Assembly: GCA_965644315.1 (NCBI GenBank) | Contig: CBFFRQ010000068.1 | Location: forward strand, 1,054,001 to 1,118,000 | Source of the DNA: Caecitellus pseudoparvulus | Taxonomy: Eukaryota > Protista > Bigyra: Bicosoecida | DNA: 64,000 nt | Direction of reading: 5' to 3' | Shown: piece after piece, positions 41,413 to 51,129 of the stretch | Layout: the number at the start of each line of letters is the position of its first letter | Numbering within the stretch: position 1 is the stretch's first letter | Translations under genes and position numbers: made by a program | The notes under the pieces: generated by a model | What the model was told of the DNA's origin: nothing | Database searches by the model: none | Seen by the model: the letters and a program-made list of their open reading frames with translations, nothing else

Positions 41413-43422
41413 CTAGGCAATGCTGGAGTAGACGAGCCGAGCAAACTGCTCTGCTTTGCTCTCGTCATCTCTGCTGTCGCCTTCAGTGGCCGTGCTGCTG
41501 TCAGCCCAACGTGCCTGGGGCACTCGCACGCGAGGGTGGCGCTTGAGTGCGCCGATGGGCAGCGCGCTCGGCTTCAAGACTCCTTGTGCAAAAGCAATTG
41601 ACAGGATTTGTACAGGGCTAATCAGACCCCCTTGCCATGCAGTCACACTGTGCAAGGTGCCAACCAGCCCTTGGCTGTCTCGTGCCAGGCACCCCGCCAG
41701 GACAGGGTGGAGGAAGCGCGCAACTTGTGTCAGGCACTGCACTGAGCTGTGTGCCGGCGGTGGGAGGGAACTTGCAGCGGAAAGGGTCGTGTCCAGGGCA
41801 TGGTGCCACTCCCACTGAGTAGGAAGCGAGTCTCCCATGCAGGCGACGACGAATGCATCCGCCACAGCTATGGGCAGGAGGCTGTGCACACAGAATCGCC
41901 GGAGCAGGCGGCGCGTGTGCATCGCCGGCACGGAGCTACCGGCAGCTTGGGCTGCTGCCTGTGCCCGTAAAAGTTGCTGCAGGGCGTGCAGGGGGCTCAG
42001 GGTGCCCGCCTGCACGCTGCGCAGGACCATGCCCATGTCCCCGCCCGACAACTCACGTTGCAGGGCGACTCTGTGCCACGTGCCCTCGCTACCACCCACC
42101 TGCTCGGCGCGGGAAGCGGCCAGCCACACTCTGCGGAGCGCCATGACGGCAGCAGGCTCAGTCGTGGCATCGGGTGTTGCCCCTGCGTCTGGTTCACACA
42201 CAGTTGGGATGTTCCCCGCGCCACAAATGGCCGCAGCCAGGTCGCCTGCCACCCCCTTCACCAGTTGCTGCATGCCTTGAGCGTCAGGGAGTTGGGGACG
42301 GCGATCAGCAGGCAGGGGCAGGAAGTGCAGGCGCCGGGCCCACTCGGCTGCCAGGGGCAGTGTGGCTTCTGCGGTGCTCCAGAAGAACTGACAGGCAGCG
42401 AAGGGCTGCACAGCCACTTCAGCGGCCATGGTGGCCGTTAGCTCTGACAAGGACGGCATGCAGCGGCGGAAGGGAGCAGTGCCCGGGTCGGGCGCCGTGG
42501 CCGCTCCTTCCTGCAGTGCCGCTGCTTTGAGCGCCTTTGGGAGCTGGCACGGGCGAGGAGCGCAACTGTCCACGACGACAAGGGGTGTGTCCAGGCTCCC
42601 GATGAGGGCGCCCAGGTCTTGGTATCCCCCAGGACTGCCGACGGCGTCCGTGAAGGTGGCACTGGCAGCCACTGCACGGGCAACTCGAGCCACGAGGGCG
42701 CCAGCCTTGCCAGGCGTCGCTTGCAGGGGGATGTGCCGGGCACCTCCCCGCTTGCAGTTGGCATGGAAGGCACGTAGGGCTGGCAAGAGCGGGTGGTTTC
42801 CGTCTTGCATAGCTTGCGATGCCTGGGGTGTGTGGGTGGTCAAGACCAGCAGAGGAAGGCCGCATGCGTGCGCCAGCCAGCCGGCACTCCACAGCGCCCA
42901 ATTGTCACGCGCCCGCAGACACCCCCGCGACCAGTACACAAAGCTGCGAGGGGGGGATTCCTCAGGTGGTACTTGAGGGGGGAAGACGACCGCCCTCGCA
43001 GCAATGTCCGCCGGCCAGTGCCTCCACAGCACACGCTGCAGGGGGTCGCTGCTCGCCACGGCACTTCCTCCGGCGCCTGGCGGCAGTTCCGGGGGACACA
43101 CTGGTCGCACAGCCTGAAAGGCCGCGGCATCTTGAATCTTTGGCTGTGCTGGTGCCTGTGCCTCGGCTGCATCTGCAAAGGCGCTTGCCCACTGCTGGCT
43201 CCGAGTCGCGGCAGCAGCGGCTGCGGCCGCCGCTTCTTCTTCCCTTGCAGCCCGCAAGGCTGCCCTGCGAGCCTTCTTGCGCTCCAGGACTTCTTCATCT
43301 TCTTGAAATGTAGGGAATCCCTCTTTCTTCCTGGTGATGGCGGGCCACGGTCGACGGCGCAGCGCCGTCTTGGCCTTGAGCGCGCCGTTGCTCATCCACG
43401 CGGCGAGTTTTTCTGCCGACAT
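41413..43422 (-). CDS. Photolyase-related protein: class II CPD-photolyase-like N-terminal domain, FAD-binding domain degenerate or absent
   Basis: FVYWSRGCLRARDNWAL..A...A....LPLLV and PLVVVDS resemble photolyase alpha/beta domain motifs; only a weak G.LSP remnant follows. Start placed at MSAEK (the ORF is open to 43578). Confidence 0.65.
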   Translation of the reverse strand: MSAEKLAAWMSNGALKAKTALRRRPWPAITRKKEGFPTFQEDEEVLERKKARRAALRAAREEEAAAAAAAAATRSQQWASAFADAAEAQAPAQPKIQDAAAFQAVRPVCPPELPPGAGGSAVASSDPLQRVLWRHWPADIAARAVVFPPQVPPEESPPRSFVYWSRGCLRARDNWALWSAGWLAHACGLPLLVLTTHTPQASQAMQDGNHPLLPALRAFHANCKRGGARHIPLQATPGKAGALVARVARAVAASATFTDAVGSPGGYQDLGALIGSLDTPLVVVDSCAPRPCQLPKALKAAALQEGAATAPDPGTAPFRRCMPSLSELTATMAAEVAVQPFAACQFFWSTAEATLPLAAEWARRLHFLPLPADRRPQLPDAQGMQQLVKGVAGDLAAAICGAGNIPTVCEPDAGATPDATTEPAAVMALRRVWLAASRAEQVGGSEGTWHRVALQRELSGGDMGMVLRSVQAGTLSPLHALQQLLRAQAAAQAAGSSVPAMHTRRLLRRFCVHSLLPIAVADAFVVACMGDSLPTQWEWHHALDTTLSAASSLPPPAHSSVQCLTQVARFLHPVLAGCLARDSQGLVGTLHSVTAWQGGLISPVQILSIAFAQGVLKPSALPIGALKRHPRVRVPQARWADSSTATEGDSRDDESKAEQFARLVYSSIA

Positions 43423-43599
43423 GGCAGGCAGGGGGTCTGGCGCTGGCGTCGGCTCTGGATGGGAAGCCGTAGTGTTTCTTCTTCGCTTTGTCCCTCGCTC
43501 TGGCCGCCCCCTCGCCGAACGACTGAAGACCGGGGCCAGTGGAGCAGCGAGAGTGCAGTCGATTTCCGCACGGGCCAAGGCAGGCCACTGCGGACCAAA

Positions 43600-44422
43600 G
43601 CAGCAGTGGAAAGGGGCGGTTGCAGGCTCAGATCACTGTGCAGTTTCATGGTCATGCCACTCACCAAGGCGTGTGTGTGTCCAGTGGGGTCCCCGTGCAG
43701 CACGAGCCGTGGGGCGCGCTGCACGCTGTCCCAAGCCACGCGCACTTGCCGAGCAGGCTGTGCAGCACACAGAGCTCGCTCCGCCAACCTGATCAGGCAG
43801 GCAGGGGCCGCGCAGTGCTTGCATGGACATGTGCAGGTGGCAAAGGCGGCCGTACCGGACGCATGCAAGCACAGGAGAAGGCAAGTCGGGGCTGCCGCCG
43901 CCGCGCACAGAGTTGTCTGTGCAGCGGGCGTTTGAACGCAGCTGACGTCGGGGGGGCGGAGGAGTGCAGGCACTCATGGCGCGGGGGGGGAGATAGGAAG
44001 CACTGGAGTGGACATTCACTGCAGCTTGCTGTGTTGGAAACCAGCTCCTGGTTGTGCAGCGCCCGCACGAGTGTGGAAAAGTGCACGGAGTGCCACGTGC
44101 CACACCTGCAGAAGCCAACAACCCTGACTCCCCCCCCACGGCAAGCTGTGGCTTGAGCAAGTCTGATAATAGCCCTAGCAGCCACAATGTTTCTCTCCAC
44201 AGTCCATCCGGTCGCTGTGTGCCCCTCAACTGCCTCGCGCCTGTGCCCTGCACTGCGAAGCTCGTGCACGGTGCACTGCAGCAAGCCGTTGATACGCCGC
44301 CGACGTGACAGGAGCTGTATCGCGTGCGACGTAGAATACGCCCAGTGAGTGTGTGAGCGCGCTGGGGAGCAACAAACCATGAAGGTGTTACATTCAGGGC
44401 ACAGACATGACTCTTCAGTCAT
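43600..44422 (-). CDS. Possible small Cys/His-rich protein of unknown function (exon structure unresolved)
   Basis: ORF 43793-44488 with MTEESCLCPEC, CRCGTWH and CSECPLQC fills an otherwise empty ~1 kb in a gene-dense window. Confidence 0.3.
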
Positions 44423-44643
44423 GGACGGCGGCGAGGCCGCCGGCGCTGCTGCGCAGGGCAGGATACACGTGTAGAGCGGTGCTGCCACTGCCTCCGCGCT
44501 GTGTGTTCCCGCCCTTGCCTTGCACGTGGCCTGCTGGGCGCGCCAGCTCTCCTAAGTCACGCCAGATGAATGACCTCACATAAGTGTTCGTGGGTCGCAG
44601 GTATTCAGTCCCCCGTGGGCATCAGCAGCCTCAAGCAGTCGTC

Positions 44644-47600
44644 ATGGCAACGGCCTCAGCAGGTGCTCATGGCACGCCCTCCATGCCTGCCAATCTTTCC
44701 TCCCACGGTCAGTTGAGCCACATCGCTGCAAGATTGCCGCCGGAAACCGCCCTCCTGGGAGTTTTCCGGCGGGCAGCTGTTTCTCGCCTCGTGTCCGGCT
44801 TGTTGGTCGTTCGGCTTGCATGTGCAATGATTGACGCGCCCTGGCCAGGCATCGTCGCAGGGACTCCCCCGTTTGCCTGTGTAGAATTCTGCCCGGGGTC
44901 GAAACTTGTCCCCAACAGGGTCGTTTGTCATCACCATTGGTCCTTGCCGCCTCCACACCCGCTTGCTCTGCTCCTCGTTCGCAGAGCCGCCAGCAAGCTC
45001 GGCAGCTGCTTCTCCAGCTGCCACGGCCAAGCAGTCAAACAGCTCTCCGCCTGCAGCCGCTGGCGTGCCAGCGGTGCCCGTCTCTGAGCCAGAGGCAGCA
45101 GCCCCTGCTGCATCTTCCACAGTAGCCACTCCTGCTGACACTTCCAGTGCGCCGGCGCCCTCTCCTGCGCCGCAGGCGGCGCCTGCCACTGCCGCTGCGC
45201 CCGACGCTGCTGCAGCTGCTGCTCAAGGTTCTGAAGCTGACAAGCCGGCCAGTTCTGGGCCAGCTCCCACCGCGCCAGAGGCTGCCCCCCCTGCCACTGG
45301 TTCAGATCAGCCTTCTGCTAGCCCCGTCCCCGCCCCTGCCGCGCCTGCTTCCAGCTCGCAAGGGCCGCCGCGCATTGACACAAGTGCCCCCTCCAGGCCT
45401 AACCCCGAGACCCGCGGGCCGGTTGCCCAAGCCTCCGAGTTACTGAAGCAAAGCAAGCCTAACGAGGCGCGGGAGCTTCTGCAAGCAGCAGTGGAGAGCA
45501 ATCCCTCCGATGGCGAGGCATGGCTGCTTCTGGGGCGTGTCTTCTTTGCATCGCAGTCCTTCACCGAGGCGCTGGCGTCGTACAGCAATGCCATGGAGGT
45601 GAACGCCAGCGATTACAGGGTCTGGTTCCACATCGGCGAGCTGTACTCCGCATGTGAACAGTTCCATGACGCTGAGACAGCCTACAAACATGCTCAGAGC
45701 TTGCCTGGCGCCAACATGGCCGTGCTGCAGCAACGCCTTGCAGCTGTGGGTGAAGCCGCTGCTGCAGCGGCAAGTGCGCCCAACCCGGCAGCGCCGCCTG
45801 CCGCTCAGCAGGCTCCTCCACCACATGCCAACACCGGTGGGCCCTTCCCGGCCACATCACAGGCCCCCAGCCATGCCCCGCCACCCCCTCCCCAAACCCA
45901 GCAAGGGCACCCCCAGCAGCAGATGGGCCAACCTGACACGGCGCCGGCACCCCGGGACAGCGCCCACACTGTCGTGCCACCTCGCCTGACAGAGAGCCAG
46001 TACGAGCACAGCCATGGCCGCAGCGTGTTCAGCACTCTGGGTGGCGCCACCACCCACAACCCCAGCCAGCGCCTGCCGCCTTCCGAAGTCACCGTCACCA
46101 CGGGAGCGGGCTCCATGGGCAAGTTCACCTGCCTCGCAGCGCCGCTGTCCACGCTGCAGGAGCACTGCGTGCCCTCCAGTCTGACCCAGACCGCGCCTCT
46201 GAAGGACCTGCTGGTGGACACACCCCGAGCCCTGTCCCAGGTGCTCGCTGCGGAGGACGGCGGGCGGGGGTCCGGGCCTGTGCCGCCCGAGGGGCCAGGA
46301 GAGGATGTTTGGCTGCTCCCCGTCTCTGTGCTGCGCCTGTGGTTTCTGCTGGCGGTGTCCGACCACTCTCGACACACGGCACACACCCTGTACCCTGACC
46401 AGCACCAGGCACCCCCCCCCCTGCCCCCCATCCACTACAACCTCCTGGGGGACCTGGCCATGGAGGCCGCTGCAGCAGCAAGTGGCGGTGCCCCTGTGGC
46501 CCAGCCCGTGCCTGTCGGCAGCGAGGGCATGGGGCACTACCCTGCCGGCCCAGCAGCGCCCCAGCCCTCCCACGGTGGCCACCTCGCGGCACCACCACCT
46601 GCCCCGCAAGCCCCCGCCGCAGGGGCCAAGGTGGAGCCCGTGACAGCTGCAGAGGTGCGTGCGATGTTTGGGGCGCGCTTCGCCAACCGCATCCGGGGGC
46701 GCAAGGGCATCCGCCTCATGGGCGTGCCGCCGCCCTCTGCCAACCCGCCGCCGCCAGGCGAGGCTGCTCGCCTCGCAGAGGCTGCCCGCAGCCTTGTCGC
46801 GTGCATGGGCGCCAACGCAGTCCCGGCGCCTCTGTGGAGCTGGACCCTCGCTGAGCTGGGCCTGCCACGGTCCATGCGAGGCGGCCCGGACGCGCCCCCT
46901 GACCTGCCCCTGCCGCAGTGGGCCGGTGCCCTGCGCCAAGCCCAGCCCACCGTGCCAGGCGTGGCTGTGCACGTGGAAGAGGGCGGCAGTGGCGGGCGCA
47001 TCCTGCTGCGCCTGCCCAGTTGGCCTCTCAAGGCGCGGGCCAGCCGCCGGGTGGCACGTCTGCAGCGCCTGCGGGTGGCAGGTGCGGCGGATGTGGGGTC
47101 TGACGATGAGATCTCCTCCGTGGACACCGCCGATGACGAGGATGAGGACCGCTTCGTGCCTGTGCAGCCAGTGGGCAGCGCTGCGGGTGGTGCTGCGTCC
47201 AGCCGCTCCCGCCCTCAGTCCCAGACGACAGCGGGTGCCACTGGCGGTGTCAAGCGGCCCCGGGCACCCTCAGGCACCACTCACCCCTCCCAGGGCCCCC
47301 CAGCCTCCAACCCGGCCTGGGCACCTGGCATGCAAGCCGGCACTCAATTCGGGGTACCACGGCAGATGGCAGGGGGGGGCGCCCCCCCCTCATCCGGAGT
47401 GCAGGGAGGGTACGTCCCCTCAGCACAAGACTTCCTCGGCCACGGCCAAGGGGGCGCTGCCAAAGCCTCTGGCCCTGGCGCGCCGCCCCACCCAGGCCAA
47501 GGCGACTACCGCCAGATGCAAGCTGCCCCTGGGCATGGTGGCTTTCCTGGGGGTGGGTACGGCCACCCTGGGCAGGGGGGCGCAGGGGGGGGCCCTGGAC

Positions 47601-48160
47601 AGTACGCTCCCCAGGGAGGCGGCTTCCCGCCCCCTGGCACATCTGGCTTCCCCACTGGCGGCATGCACCCTCACATGGCTGGCCCGCAGGGTGGCTACCC
47701 CGGTCACCCAGGCATGGCGTACGGACCCCCCCCTGGCACAGCTGGAGGCGGCTACCAGTACCCCAGCCAAGGTATGCCCGGGCAGTACCCCCAGTTCTCC
47801 ATGGCTCAGCAGCACCCTGGTGCTCAGCTGTATGCCAACTCGGCGCCTCCGCACGGCGTGCAGCAGTCACAGCAGCAGGCATATGGCATGCACCCAAGCG
47901 GCGCACAGATGCAGCAGCAGCAACAGCAGCAACAGCAGCAGCAGCCTCCGCCTGGCTACTTTGACCCAGCTCAGCACATGCAGCAGGGGAGAGGGTACCC
48001 TGGCCAGCCAGGCATGCCCCAGCACATGCAGTATGGCGGGCACATGCAGGGCTACGCGGGCGGCCCACCGCCTCAGGGCTACCCAGGCCAGTTCGACCCT
48101 GCTGCCATGGCATATTACCAGCAGCAAGGGCAAGGCCCGCCGCCTGGGCAACAGCGTTAG
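44644..48160 (+). CDS. TPR protein (about 3 TPRs, Cyc8/Ssn6-like) with P/G/Q/Y-rich low-complexity C-terminus; start uncertain
   Basis: SDGEAWLLLGRVF and VWFHIGELYSACEQFHDAETAYKHA..LQQRL resemble the terminal TPRs of Cyc8; poly-Q near 47911-47945; main ORF is 44906-48160. Confidence 0.75.
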
Positions 48161-48200
48161 ATGGGGCTGCATGGGTGACTGCGGTGCTCACAATGCATTC

Positions 48201-48659
48201 TCATGCCCCGCGCGCACCGGGTGTTGGGCGGGAGCAGTTTGCCTGCAGGTCCAGCACCGCGAGCCGCAGCTGCAGCACTTCGCGTTCAAGGGCTTTCAGG
48301 CGGCCGTTGAACGACACAGGCTGCTCAGCTGTCTGGTCGTCGACGAGGCCCTCTCTCTGTGCCAGGTCCTCTCGGCCAATGTCTTTGAAGAAATTCCGCT
48401 GGCGGGCCTGGGACGGGAGCAGAGGTTCGCGGCGTTTCACTTGAGTTTCGCACAGGCGTGGTCGGCGTGGCACTGCGGCCTGCAGCACCTCACCCTGTAA
48501 TCAGTGGAGAGCGAGTTCATGATCATGAGCCCAAACAGCACCAGGGCAACTGCTGCTAGTGCGGTGCATGCCAAATTCCTTCGCCACCAGCTCACACGTG
48601 GTGCACCACCATCCTCTCTCCCTGCCTCCCCCAGCATGCGGTCGCGTTCAGCACTCATG
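48201..48659 (-). CDS. Small single-pass membrane protein with C-terminal coiled coil; one intron
   Basis: MSAERDR..TM(LACTALAAVALVLFGLMIM)..TDYR, a phase-0 GTGAGG..CCCAG intron, then ARQRNFF..RLKALEREVLQLRLAVLDLQ. Confidence 0.6.
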
Positions 48660-48767
48660 GCGTCACAGCCGCGACCTGCAGCAAGCTGTGCATCCACTGC
48701 ATCTACGTGCATTGACCCCACACAGGCAACGTTTTGGCGCACACTGAGCACAGTTTGGTCCACGACA

Positions 48768-50826
48768 CTACACAGGGGGGTCCCCGGCAAAGGGGACACC
48801 TTCCGTGACAGAGTCATGCAAAAACGCGGCATAGCTGACGCCCGAGGCGCCTTGCATGGGGGCTGGGATCCTCGGCTGCACAGAGTAGGCGTGCATCGTC
48901 GGCCGCGCCGCTGCCCAGCGGACCAGCACACTGCGCTCAGTGGGCAGCACCCTGTCCGCAGCCTCCACTGGGTGAAGGAGGCGCCCAGTAATGCCAACAG
49001 CAGCCCCAGAAGCCTTGCGCTCAGCTTGTTGGTGCCGCTCGCCATCTTCATCCCACTGCCTCTGTCGTTTGAACGAGAGGAAGCACACGCCCGCACACAG
49101 CACCAGCGCCAGCAGGGCCACCAACCCAAGCAGCGGGGCCACCGCCACACTCGTGGGAAACCCTGGCAAGGGGCCGTCTGCCGCCAGGGACAGGAGGATG
49201 TAGGTCGCAGTGAAGGGTGCCAGGAAGCAGCAGCCTCCCAGCGCCGCAGCAAAGCCCGCACAGGCGATGGCCAGGGAGCAGCCCCTGCGGTTGGAATTCA
49301 CGACACAGTTCGCGACAGCGCCTCCGCACACGGCCAGCATCAAAATGCCCTGCACGATCCAAAACGGCATGAGCACCATGTGCACAGGCATGGAATCGCC
49401 TGCGCCGTCCAAGCGGACACACAGCAGCACGAGGGCAATGAGGCATGGCAGCACGCCGCAACACCCCACCACGCCCAGAGCAGCCATGCCTTCCTGCCCG
49501 GCGTCGCGGAAACACCATCCAGAGGGCCATGCAAGCGGGATCAAACAGACCGTGAGCCAGACTGGGATGAGTGCTACTGACCACGGGAATGCGTCGCCGA
49601 CAGCCAGGCGCGCGAGAATGCCTGCGGGCGCAAACACGGCAACGCAGCACAACAACGTGCCAGCATGGGCAAACGCGAGCCGCCGCTCCACAAGAACTTC
49701 CCGCATGCACACTCCAATGATGTTGGCTTCTTCAGGGATGTCTGTCCACATGCTTTCCAGTGCTTCCGGGGTGTCCAGGGGCTGCACCGGCGGGAGCTGT
49801 TGGCGCCGTTCACACAGCACACAGCACACCGCCCGACAGAGACAGATTGGTGGGCAGCAGCCCTTGTGCCGTGAATCACACATCGGCAACGTCGGCAACG
49901 ACTCGTCTTGGCAGCTGCGCGTGAGGCAGCAAAGACAAGCCGTGGCTCTCAACACCAACCACCCAAGTAGCGTTTCGCGGTGAGATGGAGTTGCTCCGAC
50001 GCGGGCAAGAAACAGCGCGTAGGCCACGATGCACCCCGTGCCCCACAGGCACACCGCCAAGGCCAACGGAAGTGTAGGCGCCCAAACTGGCACCTCACCA
50101 TCCACGGCGACGGCCACAAGCCACGCAGACGCCACCAGCAGGCACAGAGGCAGCCAAGTCAAGCCCATGAGCCCCCACCAGGTGAAGCGGCAGCGCAGTG
50201 CATGCACGCGTCGGGCATTCACAGCCACTGCCATGGCCTGCTTGCGCCGCACCTTGGAACTTTCCAGGGTTTGCTTGCGGGAGGCCAGGGACGTGCCGTA
50301 CTGCTTGCGCTGCGCTGCACTGTGCTTCGCGAGGTCGGCTGGAAGGCTTGCCACTCGAGCAATCGCTGAGGCTGTCCGAGAGGGGGACGCGCTCGCAGGC
50401 GCGCGCGGCTCAACTTTCCCCACAGCCTGCAACACATCCGTGGGGGTGTCACCAAAGTCCTCTCGGTGCCTGCAAAGGTGCCGCGGGGAGGGAGTGGAGC
50501 GTGTCCAGCGGCCAGCCAGCACCAAGCCAGCGACGACAGCAGACGCACAGTCGAATCCATAGCGCCGGGTGGCCAGCGCATGCCTGCATGGCTTTGCTTG
50601 TCATACTCAGAGCCGCAAGATCCGCGGCTGGCAGCGAAGAGAGCACCAGTGGCAAAGCGGAGGCTGCGAAAGTGAGGCGTGGAGCACGGCGCCGTGGGCA
50701 GGAGTTTCATCAGCTCCGCTCCGCAGCAAGCAACACACCTGCGGGAAGTTTGCCCAATCGCCCGGCCCCTCGCTGCCAAGGGATTCGCTCGAAGGCATCT
50801 GCCAGCTCCTCCGTCAACTGCGCCAT
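48768..50826 (-). CDS. N-terminal F-box fused to a TMEM185/TMEM60-like multi-pass membrane domain; two 5' introns
   Basis: Spliced N-terminus reads LGKLPAASALPLVLSSLPAADLAALSMTSKAMQACAGHPALWIRLHREDF (F-box); TM hairpins with W.P.LPL, PWSVALIPVW, VRLDG..PVHMVLMPFW. Confidence 0.72.
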
Positions 50827-51129
50827 GCTGGCAACGACACGAGCGTGGCCGCGTTTCGGGCGAAACTCTATGCTGCACCAAGCCCTGATGGGCTGACGGG
50901 GCACATGCACCAGGGTCCCCATGCACTGGAGTCCGGCATGAAGCCACTGCTAGAGGAGGGGGTGGTCTCCATTTGATTGCAGGCCAGGAGTGTTCGTCGC
51001 TGCAAGCTGCGTGCCTGGCGCTGGCGCAAACCTGCCAACTCGCTTTGCCCGCGGGGTGGCCCAGCGTACTTGTTGGCACTGGGCCCTGGCAGGGTTTGCA
51101 TTGCCTGGCAGTGGGCATGGCAGCGATCA

